Assembly (NCBI GenBank): GCA_965603825.1
Contig: CBFDEM010000052.1
Span: forward strand, 186,001-250,000
Length of the DNA stretch: 64,000 nucleotides
Direction: 5' to 3'
Source: Blepharisma stoltei ATCC 30299
Lineage: Eukaryota; Protista; Ciliophora
Both the position numbers and the translations under genes were made by a program. Positions within the stretch are counted from its first letter, which is position 1. Each line of letters begins with the position of its first letter. Shown piece by piece: positions 23,780 through 35,048 of the stretch. The notes under the pieces are model-generated. The model saw only the letters and a list, made by a program, of their open reading frames with translations. It had not been told where the DNA came from and searched no databases.

Positions 23780-24646
23780 ATGAATGAGACTAATGGCGAG
23801 GCTAACCCTATCCAAAGATCTAAAACTAAACAAAACACAGGCCACGCACATTGTGAAGTCTGTTATGCTCCACTTAAAAAGAGCCCCGCCAAAATGCAAT
23901 GCTCCACTTGCAATCGCAATTTCTGCAAGTATCATCTCCGAAAAAATAAAGATTCCACAGACAATATTTGTGTAGATTGCTTCAAAATTCAGATAAAAAC
24001 AGAAACCATGTCTGAGTTAGAACGAGAATTAAATGCCTACAGAGACGATATTTCAGAAAATAATACTGAAAAATCAAAAATCAAAGAAGACTTAAAAATC
24101 AAAACAAAAATCATACAAAAATGGTCTGAATCTATCAAAGATAACGAAAATCAACATATGAAAAGAATCGCACAGCTTGAGCAAAAAATAAACCAAGAAA
24201 CACAGATTAACTGTTATGCCTGTAGCGAAATTGACAGCTTAGAAGCCACTTTAAAAAATTCGAAATTGGCTGAAGAAATGTGAAAGAAAAAATTATCAAC
24301 ATTTCAAGAAGAAATTAGTGAAAAAAGCCAAATAGTCGACAATGAGAAGGAAAACCAAGATAAATTGTCTGATGAAATTAATGAATTGAACCAGCAAATA
24401 AAATCGTATATTCCGTATGGAAGATTGAGGTCGGTCACTTGTAACGATTGTGCGAAGAAAATTAAAAGAACCTTTAGGGACGAAATTATAAGTGGGCTGA
24501 GGGCAGAAGGAAGAGACAGTTTGATTGAAAGCGTGATGGCAGCCAAAGCCAGTATCCAAGCCTATGCACCACCAAATGAAGCCTCATCTGAGAAGAAATG
24601 AAATCCAGAAGAGCCTAGAGAAGCATGCCATTGTATAATCACATAA
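23780..24646 (+). CDS. Zinc-finger + coiled-coil protein with C-terminal CaaX-like motif (CIIT)
   Basis: CEVC...CSTC...FCKYH...CVDC, heptads, CNDC. Two TGA=W. Ends ACHCIIT-TAA. Confidence 0.7.
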
Positions 24647-24721
24647 AATGCAATTGCAAGCTGGCATTTTTAGGTAATAAACAGCATCTTTATAAATTCA
24701 ATTTTATAAGTTATAAGAGAT

Positions 24722-25681
24722 ATGAAATTTCTAGAGAGACTAGGCGCTAAACCTGAGTTTTTTATGCTTGAACTTATCATTCAAAAAGTTTATATTGGCT
24801 TGCAAGATCATTCAGAACTTGTTATTGTTATTAAGCGAAATTCTGGAGAAAGAGACAATACCCCAAGAGTCGACTGAGACCCATCAAAGCAAGAAGGCCT
24901 CTTTGATCAGATGTTTCATTTTAAGGTGACTATGTACAAAAAAAAAGACCAATATTTACCGAAATGAATCTATTTCAATCTTATGATGATAAAGGATCAA
25001 AAGATCATAAAAAATGGGAAAGCTAGACTTGACATTTCAGTGATTCTTAATAGTGATTTCCAGCTAGAAAGCTATGAAATCGAGCTTAAGAAATGCTCAG
25101 ATAAAAATGCTTGCTTAATCATTGATGCTTCTATGAGATCATGAAGTGAAGAAGATGAAGGAAAATCATCTTCGACCTTAGCACGAGAATATGATGAGGC
25201 AAAAATGAAAAAATTAAGAGAAAATTTAATTTATTCATACTACCAAGAGTCCAAAAAATCAGTCGATGAAGAACTTTCTTCAGAATCAAATGAATCGAAC
25301 AAATTGCCATCTTATAACAGACGTGGAACTGCGATGGAAAGCGTTGAAGAAGAGCCGGAATCAGAAAACAATAAAATTCACCCCATTACAATAGACACAG
25401 TGCCTCCGCTGCAAGCACCAAAGCCAGAGAGTAATGAGACGTCAATGGATTTCGATATACTTGTAAAGGAATATGGAAAGCCAATAGACAGCTATTTTTC
25501 AAGTGAATTGACTAGGATAAAAAAGGAAGTGACACCATCTTTTGATTTCACAGGGCAGATGGATTGTGTTCCAATATATGATACAAGTGAGGACGATTTA
25601 CAACATAGCAAAGGCAGCTCGAAAGACAAAAATAAGTACCTAGATAGAAGGGCTGAAAATTATTCGGTTTTCCATATATAA
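24722..25681 (+). CDS. NT-type C2 domain protein (EEIG1/EHBP1 N-terminal C2-like)
   Basis: FMLELIIQKV...VIVIKR...LFDQMFHFKVTMYK...KNGKARLDIS pattern. Frame open from ATG 24722 with three TGA=W. Confidence 0.65.
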
Positions 25682-26040
25682 ATTATTTTGTAATAAATAG
25701 CGATTTATTTTATAATTTTTAACAAAAATAAACCTAGTTTACTGCTTTAAAATAATAAAAGTGCGCAACAAACCATTTGATAATGCATTATTGCTCACAA
25801 AAAATAAATCATAAAGAATTCATTTATATTCTTTAATCTAGAACAATCCTGACAGACTAAATGTGGAAAATAAAATGAAATAATTCATTAGTGCTAAATT
25901 CCAAGAATCTATAAACATTTAACTCTTTTCAGCCTTTCTTAAATTGCGTATAGTAAACATTGTAATGATTCCCACCATTTTCGTCCCAAAAATTAAATAC
26001 TTTAAAATTCAAATTGTGGTTAAAAATTATTAAATATTGC

Positions 26041-26682
26041 ATGGGCGATAACGATTTTGTGATACCCGAGATTATTGTTGTGTCAGTGGCCCCTACAGCT
26101 GACATTTGTCAGATAATCCCTGAAATAGTCTCAAGCAAACATATTTTTAGCTGTGAAGTTTGCGACAAAACTTACAGCCGACAAAGTGCCTTAAAGGTTC
26201 ATATGAGAAAGCACACTGGAGAAAAACCTTTTATATGTAAAATATGTGACAAGGCTTTTTGTGAGAATGGGAATTTAAAGACCCATATGCGCATACACAC
26301 CGGAGAGAAGCCATTTCTATGTGCTTTGTGTGGCAGCCGATTCACCACACGAGGACACCTTACAGACCATACGAGGAAGCATACAAATGAAAGACCTTTT
26401 AATTGCCCTATGTGTGACAAAAAATTCATGAGGCCAAGTACCTTAAAAATTCATATCAGAACTCATACAGGAGAAAAGCCATATATATGTCTAGAATGTG
26501 GGAAACAATTTACCGAATCAGGTAACTTAAAAACCCATATGAGAACTCATACAGGTGAGAGACCTTATAAATGCCCATTCCATAACTGTGGAAAATGCTT
26601 CAAGGCCAAAGGCCATTTGATTGATCATCTTAAGATTAAGAGTCATCAAGAGAGCAGTGGTTTCTTAAAACAAGAGCCATAA
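26041..26682 (+). CDS. C2H2 zinc-finger protein (6 fingers)
   Basis: Repeated CxxC...HxRxH units with HTGEKP/HTGERP linkers. Confidence 0.93.
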   Translation: MGDNDFVIPEIIVVSVAPTADICQIIPEIVSSKHIFSCEVCDKTYSRQSALKVHMRKHTGEKPFICKICDKAFCENGNLKTHMRIHTGEKPFLCALCGSRFTTRGHLTDHTRKHTNERPFNCPMCDKKFMRPSTLKIHIRTHTGEKPYICLECGKQFTESGNLKTHMRTHTGERPYKCPFHNCGKCFKAKGHLIDHLKIKSHQESSGFLKQEP

Positions 26683-27019
26683 TTAAATAATTCATATTGA
26701 ATAAATCTTAATTGACGATCTAATATAATTTTGGATGCTTGCAGTTAAATCTCAATTAAGATGCATCACTAAATAATTTTTAGGATTATTATTTATACAC
26801 AACTTTAAATCAGATATACTGATGTCATTAAATTTAACCAAATTAGCATTTTAGCATAGCCAGGTTTATTTTAAAGGCTACTGGGCTATTTTAAGACAGT
26901 ATTGAATTACCAATTTTGAGGTGATTTTATTCCCCATTTTAGCTTATATCAAATATGAATTCCAAATAATTTTCTAATAAACATAATCACTTAAGAAACT
27001 ATTTAAAATTTGATAGCCG

Positions 27020-29200
27020 TTATTTGCTAATCTGCTTTGGTAAAGGCTTTGAATTTCCTTTATTAGATCCCACAGATTTTCTCCCTGCTGGCTGCTTATT
27101 ATTTGAACTTAAACTTTGATGACTAGGGACTTTTGATAGCCCATCATTTTTGGAAATTGGAGTATCTGATTTTGATTGAATTAACTTTGGCAACACAGGC
27201 GAGTTTTTCTTTTTTTCTTTTTCTTTAGCTATTTGTCTTTTTGCTGGGGAATCCTTAGATTTAGCATCTTCTGTCCTCACTTCATTTTCTAAACTCATCA
27301 ATTGTCTTTCTCTTGCTAACTCTTCAGGGGAGTCAATCAACTGCCAATATCGTTCATTTAGTATGATTTGTTGGATCTCATACGCTTTTTCTTTAATTTT
27401 TTTGCAGCGATCATTTACAAACTCATCAAGAATTGCATCAATCTCGTGAGAAGAATCACGGTCAGCCGTAGAAACCCTTTCCCGAATCCCAGGAAATTCT
27501 CTTATGAATTTATATCTGACATCATCAACACGGTCTGTAGCTAATTGCAATAAATTTTGCAAAAAATGATTTTTAAACATATTTCTTGAGCAATTTCCTT
27601 TGGTCTGTAAACAAAAATCAATATAGAGAATTCTGTCATAGGATGATGAAGAATTAGCAAAACTCTGGGCAATTGAGGATGAAAAATTGTGCTTGAGCTC
27701 ATCTTGATGGATTTTTCTAAAAATTTCAAGGAGAAGCTGAGAGCTGTGCTGTTTCAGGGGCAGGGATCCATGATGCATTAAGTCCATAAGCTTTGGGACT
27801 AAGCAGTTTAAAGTTACATTCATATCCATATCTGATAGAAGGCTGCCTAGCTGATCAAGCAGAATTTTGACATCTCTTCAATTTGACTGAACACCTAGTA
27901 GCTGGATTAAACAATTCAAAATTTCGAAATAGGTTTCTGGGATTGTAATATTCTTCATCACTTGACGTATATTAGGGATTAAGCTTCACTGAGCACTAGG
28001 ATCTCTTATCAAAATGTGAAAAGTTGGAAATAGCTGAGAAATTTTAGGTGAAAGAATATTTGCCACTTCATGAAACTGTGATGCACATATTTTCCTTATA
28101 TCATTGTTAGAATCTCTTGAAAATCTTTCATAAGAATCTTTAACTTTATTGCAATAGCTTTGAGCTCCTAATGAAAGTAAAATTGCAGGAAAATTGTAAC
28201 ATGCATATTTCCTGATAGTAGATGACGAATGAGATGACATTTTGTGAAGTAATGAAATCACTTCATTTTTGAATTCTTCAGATTTCAATTGAAATCTCCA
28301 ATTATAAACCAATTTTCCGAAATTTTTCGCAATTTCTTCAAAAATTTTAGAATTATTTGTTTTGAACCATTCCAAACAAATTATATTCATAAAATTATTT
28401 TTTCTATTTTCCTGCATAAATTCTCCAGCTTCAATACAAGATTTAATCGCGGATAGCTTAACTTCCAAAACTTTGTCATTAACAAGGTTCAAAAGTTCTC
28501 CACTAATTGCACTTTCATACTCACGGCTATATTTTTTAATCACAAGTGGTAGCTGCTCAGTAATTGTTAGCCTGATTTTATCATTCAGATCTTTGGACAA
28601 TTTAATAGCTGTGTCAGCTAGATTTAATGGTAAATCATAGTTGCACATCATTAGCTTGCCAATTAGTATTGCCGCATTAGCCCTTGTCATATAATGCTGA
28701 GAATTATCAGCTTGGTTTATCACAAATTGTATAAAATGTTTGAGTATCAGCTCTCTGCTTGCTTTTAAACAAAGTTTCCCAAAAACTGCAATTCAAGAGT
28801 CTATAATTTCAGGAGTCCATATCCCAAGGACTGTTACAGTTCCAATCATGATTTTTTCAAAGTCTTGACTTGAAAGTAAAGGACAATCAAGCAGTTTGAT
28901 AAATCCATCACCAGTGGCTCCTTGCAAGCTTTCTTCCCATCGTCGAAGATTTTGCATGACGCTGCTAATTATTTCATTTCATGTGGATTCCTGTATATAA
29001 AAGTCTAAGTTTGATAAAATCGCGATTTTTTGATCAACTCTTCCTTCATTGATAATAAAAATTGCTCTTTGCCCATCAGTTCAGCTTTCATTTGTAGTCA
29101 AGCTTGCAATTTCTTCTTCTGACTAGTTAGAATTTACTTTGAGTAAGCTATCAAAATCACTGCATTCATTGTACTCTAATTGATCTTCAGAGAATATCAT
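27020..29200 (-). CDS. PPP4R4: HEAT-repeat phosphatase regulatory subunit, PP4R4-like; 1 intron
   Basis: Spliced N-terminus LLKSEEEIASLTTNES-W-TDGQRAIFII...ILSNL resembles PPP4R4 (LKTPEEIERLTVDE...ERAVYLL). HEAT motifs RKYACYNFPA, IRKICASQFHEV and LATDRVDDVR. Confidence 0.7.
29123..29137 (-). other. 15-nt intron
   Basis: gtaaattctaactag, phase 0. Confidence 0.85.
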
Positions 29201-29283
29201 AATTTATAAAAAAACATAAAACTTAAATGGCTTTATGCGCCTTATCTTGATTTCAAATATTATAAGAAACTATTAGCTTAGCC

Positions 29284-29508
29284 TTAAAGCAGGCGGATAG
29301 GCTTTGCGTAGTCAGCATTAGGATCTACAAGTTGATAGCCTCTTTTAGGAGACGCCCATTCCCAATGTGCAAGTGATGAGGATAATAAATAAGAAAGAAC
29401 AAATCCTTGTGCAGCAGCTAAGAGTCCATTTCTTTTCCACATTCGGTTTTCAGGTAGCCAGGGTCTCCAATAAACATTTCTTGGAAGATGAAGCTTCACG
29501 ACACCCAT
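29284..29508 (-). CDS. Small single-pass membrane protein (74 aa), possibly a mitochondrial complex accessory subunit
   Basis: Intact ORF with higher GC than flanks, one hydrophobic stretch, Trp-rich. Confidence 0.6.
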   Translation of the reverse strand: MGVVKLHLPRNVYWRPWLPENRMWKRNGLLAAAQGFVLSYLLSSSLAHWEWASPKRGYQLVDPNADYAKPIRLL

Positions 29509-29522
29509 ATTTAATTATAAAA

Positions 29523-30452
29523 TTACTCTATTTCAGAAATCAATAAATCTTCAACCTCCCCAATATTCCATCCTAGCCCAAGTACGTCTAACTGCAAAAT
29601 ATCTGCTTTACAGTTCAATAAAGTTCCTAAAGAAGGAACTGTCCTTCCAAAATCTCCATGCACAAACTCTTTTATATAAGTCCCTCCAGACGAAATGACC
29701 CTCAGCTCTGCAAAGTGTCGGTTAATTAAAGTCATATGCATTTTTATAATTGATTTATATCGAACTTTAATAGCACGACGATGAAGGACGCGGATAGGTG
29801 TTTTTTGGTCTAAAACTAAGTTTTCGATTGAATTTATATAAGAAATGTCAGCTTGTGTAAGTGGTTTTGAAAGCCAGCAAATGGCTGAATAAGCTTTGAG
29901 TTTCCCTTCTTCGCCGAGTCTTATTTCTTCGAAGTACTTTTTGTCGACTATTCTGAGATTTTTCACTTGTACATCTTTATTGATGGAATTGATGTGGCTT
30001 TGGAGATTTTCCATATTTTCACTGTTTAAAATTTACCTTGAGACTGGGACTTTGGGATCTTTAAGCTCGATAATGAATGGCCGGCCACATCCCAGCATCC
30101 TTACATCGACATCTTCGCGGCCCTAAATGAATTTTACGGATGCATGCAAAATGGCGCTGGCTGATTGGGAAATTTCTTTTAAGGGATGCCCAATGATTTC
30201 CTCCAAGCTTTCAATTTTTGCTGTTTCGTCGACAAGTCATGGACTTTGGCTTATTTGACGAGAATACTTTAAGTAGTTTCCTGCAAGATAGATTTTAGGA
30301 TTGGAATTTTCGTTGTTTTGTGTGTTTTTTTGAGATATTGTTTTAGATTGTGATGGATTAGGAATATCTGGAATTTTTACCATTTCTTCAGCTGTGTTTG
30401 TTGCTATTATGCTTTCACTTTCATTTCCTTCGATACCAGAAGATGGAAGCAT
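29523..30452 (-). CDS. PUS10: tRNA pseudouridine synthase Pus10 (catalytic domain), about 299 aa; 2 introns
   Basis: YLAGNYLKYSRQISQSP-W, HAS|GREDVDVRMLGCGRPFIIEL, QKTPIRVLHRR, GGTYIKEFVHGDFGRTVPSL, DILQLDV. Confidence 0.92.
30022..30036 (-). other. 15-nt intron
   Basis: gtaaattttaaacag, phase 2, in-frame TAA. Confidence 0.85.
30123..30137 (-). other. 15-nt intron
   Basis: gtaaaattcatttag; splicing restores the catalytic motif HASGREDVD. Confidence 0.92.
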
Positions 30453-30909
30453 TTTTATAATAACTTGATATAAAAAGTTATTTAAAAAGGTGTTTGGCAG
30501 CATAAAAATATATAGCAATACATGAAAAGTTTATTCACTATAATAAACTTGGATTTTATTATAGACTCATCTTTAGAATCAATTAAAATTTATGTTAAGA
30601 ATCGAGTAAGGAATAAGCCTCTCTATAAACTTTTGGACTTATATGTTTTTATATTAAGCTATTTTTTTGAAGTGAAAAAGAGTTTTCATAAATAAAGATC
30701 ATCAGTTTACTTGCAGCGATTATTCAGAATTTCTTCCCCAATAATGATTTCCTCAGAATTTATCCAAATTTTAATGATTGATGATTTTTCAAATCTTCTG
30801 TACACTATGGTTAATATTCTATTAGCATTAACCTTCAAACTCTTTAATTCTTGATTTCAAATTTCTTATTTAATTCATTTTTCCTACAAATAGTATTCAA
30901 TTAGCTTTA

Positions 30910-31551
30910 TTAACAGATTAAATCTTCCAGCTCTTCTCCTTCGAAAAACTCGAATTTCATTTTCTTTAGATGCTCGCTAACTGCATACTCATCTTTCTCA
31001 TTAAACGAAGGCTCTTTTCTTTTGTACCCTGTTATCATTATGACTTCTAGGTTTTCCTCCAGCTCATCTGCTTTCCTTTTCGGAACAACAGCGCCTTCTG
31101 TTAATTCTTTAAATTTTTTGACTACTTCAAATGTGCTGAATGATTTGAACGAAGGATTTAAGTTAACAAAATTCGAGTATTTCAAGTGAAAACCCTTATA
31201 GGCTCTTGCCAATTTCCGTTCATAGAGCCCAATTTTTGTTGTAAAATTCGCTTTGACGATGTAAGCGGTGAAGATAACTATTTCTTCACATGTAAAACTG
31301 CACGAAATTTTGCAGGATTCGAGCAAAATTGCCAGTTCACAAAGCTCTATGTCTTCCAGGTGAAGTACATTGGCCACTCGATTTAAAACCTCAAACAAGT
31401 GTTCATTGCTGGCAATGCTGTATAGAGAATTCCTCAATGCAATTCTCATTAGCATCTGTTGGCGTCTTGCTGTAATTTGATTTTCGTATTTGACTGAATA
31501 AAGTCTGTAAAGGCTAGGTTTTTTTATTTCCATTTTATTTTTATAATCCAT
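30910..31551 (-). CDS. Hypothetical helical protein
   Basis: Intact ORF of about 213 aa; start ATG uncertain (31551 or 31533). Confidence 0.6.
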   Translation of the reverse strand: MDYKNKMEIKKPSLYRLYSVKYENQITARRQQMLMRIALRNSLYSIASNEHLFEVLNRVANVLHLEDIELCELAILLESCKISCSFTCEEIVIFTAYIVKANFTTKIGLYERKLARAYKGFHLKYSNFVNLNPSFKSFSTFEVVKKFKELTEGAVVPKRKADELEENLEVIMITGYKRKEPSFNEKDEYAVSEHLKKMKFEFFEGEELEDLIC

Positions 31552-32582
31552 GCATAATGCCAATTTAAAAGTAGTAAAAATTGAAACTGATAACGTTAAA
31601 TCTAGTCAGGATGAATGCTAATTATCTTAAAATGTCCCGATGCTGGTTGAAATTATATTTTTCAACTATCGGTTATGATAGCTGGTATAACTGATTCATA
31701 TTTTATATTAGGATTATTCAGTAATGGCTGCTTCTTCTGATCAAGAAAAGCTGGATTTACTGTTAACTTTTATAAGTTAAATAGAGTTGGAAGAAATAGC
31801 TTGTTGTTTACTAATAATTTAAATTTAGCTATTTTGCGTCACACCCTGCATTGGACTTATGAGTGTAGGCTTAGAGTTTACTTAATATTTTTGAATTCTG
31901 ATTCCTCGATAAAAAATAAAAGAATGCACAATTAAGTAATTAACCACGCGCAATTATTGCTTAATTGTTGCAAAACAAGCTTATAGAACAAAATACCCAG
32001 AGTCTGTCTTCTGGAAAATTTTCCAAATTCTCAACTCTTGTTTAAGTTCCATAACGTGCAAAAATTACTTTAATTAAGTTGCATTTAAATATTTTATTAA
32101 ACTTGTGGATGAATTAATATTCTGGCATAAGATATTCAAAATAGCGACTTAGAAATCTTATGAACAGAAAATAATAAGGGAGCAAATATAATCCCGAAAT
32201 GATTCGAGGAACTTATTTATCCTACTAAAATAGAACTTATAAGAATTAGCTTTTTATTCTCTTATAGTCAGTAAGTTAGATAATTTTTATTGTTTGCCAT
32301 ATTAAATCAATATTTCAATTTCTAGATATTACCAAAAATTAGCATTAAAAATTTTAATATAAAAACGATCAAGCTCCAAGAATTTGAATTTGTTAAGCAT
32401 TTATTTGCAGCTAGCTATTAATAATATAAAAACAATGCAAATAATTGGCTTTCTTTTAAAATTCTATAATTGCGAAAAATATATTTAGATTTTTGCGTTA
32501 ATCGAACAGTTATTAGAATTTATAATGAACCTATCTCACAAATGACAAAATGAGAACAGTTAATCCTTAAAATGATGTATAA

Positions 32583-33431
32583 ATGGAAGAAACCAAGAAT
32601 CAAGAGTATGCTAAGCTTTGTAAAGTCATTCTATCCAACTGCAGTTTAAAGCACCCTATGGGCCGATTACCTGAAAATCCTTGGTTTCTCAATATCACAA
32701 AAAATGAAAAGGTTTCTAGTTTGCTATTGCAATTATTATTTGATACCAATAGAAAATCAAAGCGATTTGCTGAAAAGGCTACAGCTATAATTATAGCAGA
32801 AAGAAATGAATTAGAAAATATTCAAATCAGCAGAGCATCTTTGCTACAGGAAAATATTGATATTAGAGTAAGTTTAAACAAAATTAAGCAATTGCCAGAA
32901 GGAGAGACAATAATAAAGTTGAAAGTGAATACTGCTCAATGCAGAGGCGAGCCTATATCTTTATCTATTTGATTAGGAGATGAGGTAAGAAATCTTGATG
33001 TTGGTGATGAGATTGAATCACAAATTAGTATAAAGAACACTGCTGAAATAAAAGCTTATAAGGATGGAGAATTATTAGGAGTTTGCGAGCTGTTTTTAGG
33101 AAGTCTTCTTGAAGACACACACTATCTAAGAGTTGCAGGTGCTGATGAATTTAAAAATAATTTTTCTAGAGATTTCAATGAATATAGCTTTGAATTAGAA
33201 GCTGTCCTTAAGCTCTCAAAACAAGATAGAGAAGAAATCCTTGTCCAACATTTAATTCAAAGTGAAGAGCAATTAAATGAAAAACAAGAAACAGAAGATT
33301 TTGTTGATGAACTAATGAGAGCTCTTGGGGTCAAAGTTAATGAAGACGGAGAGTATGAGACAGTTTACAAGCCTGTAAGAGCTGCACCGCCAAAAGAAAG
33401 AGAAGATTACTGTACTTGTTGTCTTCTGTAG
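32583..33431 (+). CDS. Hypothetical protein (282 aa), possible degenerate C2 domain, C-terminal CaaX (CTCCLL)
   Basis: Frame continues through TGA at 32970-32972 to TAG at 33429-33431. Confidence 0.65.
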
Positions 33432-33636
33432 AGTTCAATTATCTTTTAGATGTTTTATCCAATAAAATTCTAATTTAATTTAAAATTTATTAATATTTAT
33501 ATTTCACTGAAGATCTGAATAGAGCTAAATGAATAAGTCTTTAAACCTTTGAGTGTTTTATAAAATTTATACTGACGGTTACATATAAAATAATCATCTC
33601 TTGTCAGTAAGCTAAAGAAAAAATAATTAAATCATA

Positions 33637-34626
33637 ATGAATGCTGGTTTACTCTCATCAAATTTAGAAGAACAGATTCTTCAATCACTCTCTGAATTCA
33701 GAGCTCTTGCAACTGACATGGAAGAGAAAAATCAAAACACTGAAGAAATACACAAAGTCATTGAGTCGCTTGAAGAAAGCTATGCCAAATTAACAGCGGA
33801 ATCTACCCCTCATAGCAAAAATTGTCATATAATTTCTAAAGGCTTAAAGAAGATCTATGATTTTTATTCCAGTAAGCAACAATTCCCAGGAGTTGCTCCA
33901 AGCTTTGCAGATATTGAGCATGGAAATTCCATATGAAATAATGCCAAGTTCCTGAAATTTTGTAAAGATTTTGGACTTGATGAAATAAAAAGAGAAGACC
34001 TCCTAAATATTTTTAAAGCTAATGCAAGCTTCCGAAGAGAAATGAATGAAGATCAATTTAAAGCAGCTTTAAAAGATATTGCTCAAAAGCTATTTAAGAA
34101 TGAGCCTGAAGAAGCAAAAATGGAAAAGATGTATGATTATTTAAAAGTATATGATTTAGATTATATTCAAAAAATCGCAAAAGGGTTTGGATTGCCTTTT
34201 TCTAAAGAAAAAATTGACTTCAGAGTCCAGGGATTACCTGAGACTAAAAGTTCAGAAAAAAAACTTCCTAAGCATTCATCCTTACCAAATATTCATACTC
34301 CAAAAATAAAAGATTTAGAGAAGATTGAAAAAGTAAAAGCAACGAAAAAATTTGTAAAAATACCTCTACAGTCGAAAACTCCACATAGATATAGTGATAA
34401 AAAATTGCTTCTGAGTCAAAACCCATTGCGCTATACATGGCAAAAATTGAGTCAAATTACAGATGATGTGCTACAAGTGGACAAAGATCTTGAAAATATA
34501 ATAGAAAGAACAGTTGACAATAGGCTAAGCTTAGATAAAAACCTTTTACAACGAGATTTAAAGAAAGGAAATATGGAGCAACCTAAATATCAAATTAAAA
34601 CTCATTTTAAAGAGCCTAAACATTAA
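33637..34626 (+). CDS. Protein with a p25-alpha/TPPP-like domain
   Basis: LKKIYDFY...W(TGA)NNAKFLKFCKDFGL...DLLNIFK...MNEDQFKAALKDIA resembles the TPPP core. Confidence 0.55.
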
Positions 34627-35048
34627 ATAAAATGTATATAGACAGCATCTAAAATTAGCATTGAGATATATATCACAAATTCTCTTAAAAATTAAAAATT
34701 ATTAAAAATAACTATCAAAGTTAGACACTTCGCCATTTATCTCATATAGGAATAATAAAAAAAATTTAGCCTCTAAACTTATCATTCCTTTAAAGAATGT
34801 TAAATATAATTAACTATAAATTAAGCTAATTTCTTTTCTGTGAAAAACGAATAAATATTCCTATTAATATATATTGGTAATGATTTTCTGTTGTCAGTTT
34901 ATAGTTAGAAAGCATCAAACAGTAACCCTTTTTTGTTATAAATAGAACCCTTAAAAATATTTTGTTTTAACTGGGTAAAAGAAAAACCCCACATTTTAAG
35001 TTTCTAAATAAAGAGCTGGCGATTGGATAATGAATTAAAACATAAAAT

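Noticed and set aside
31836-31852. gtcacaccctgca as a telomerase-RNA boundary element plus template, or nearby RNase MRP-like motifs
   Set aside because: Only 7 nt match a CCCTAACA-type repeat, and the putative P4 pairing is too short.
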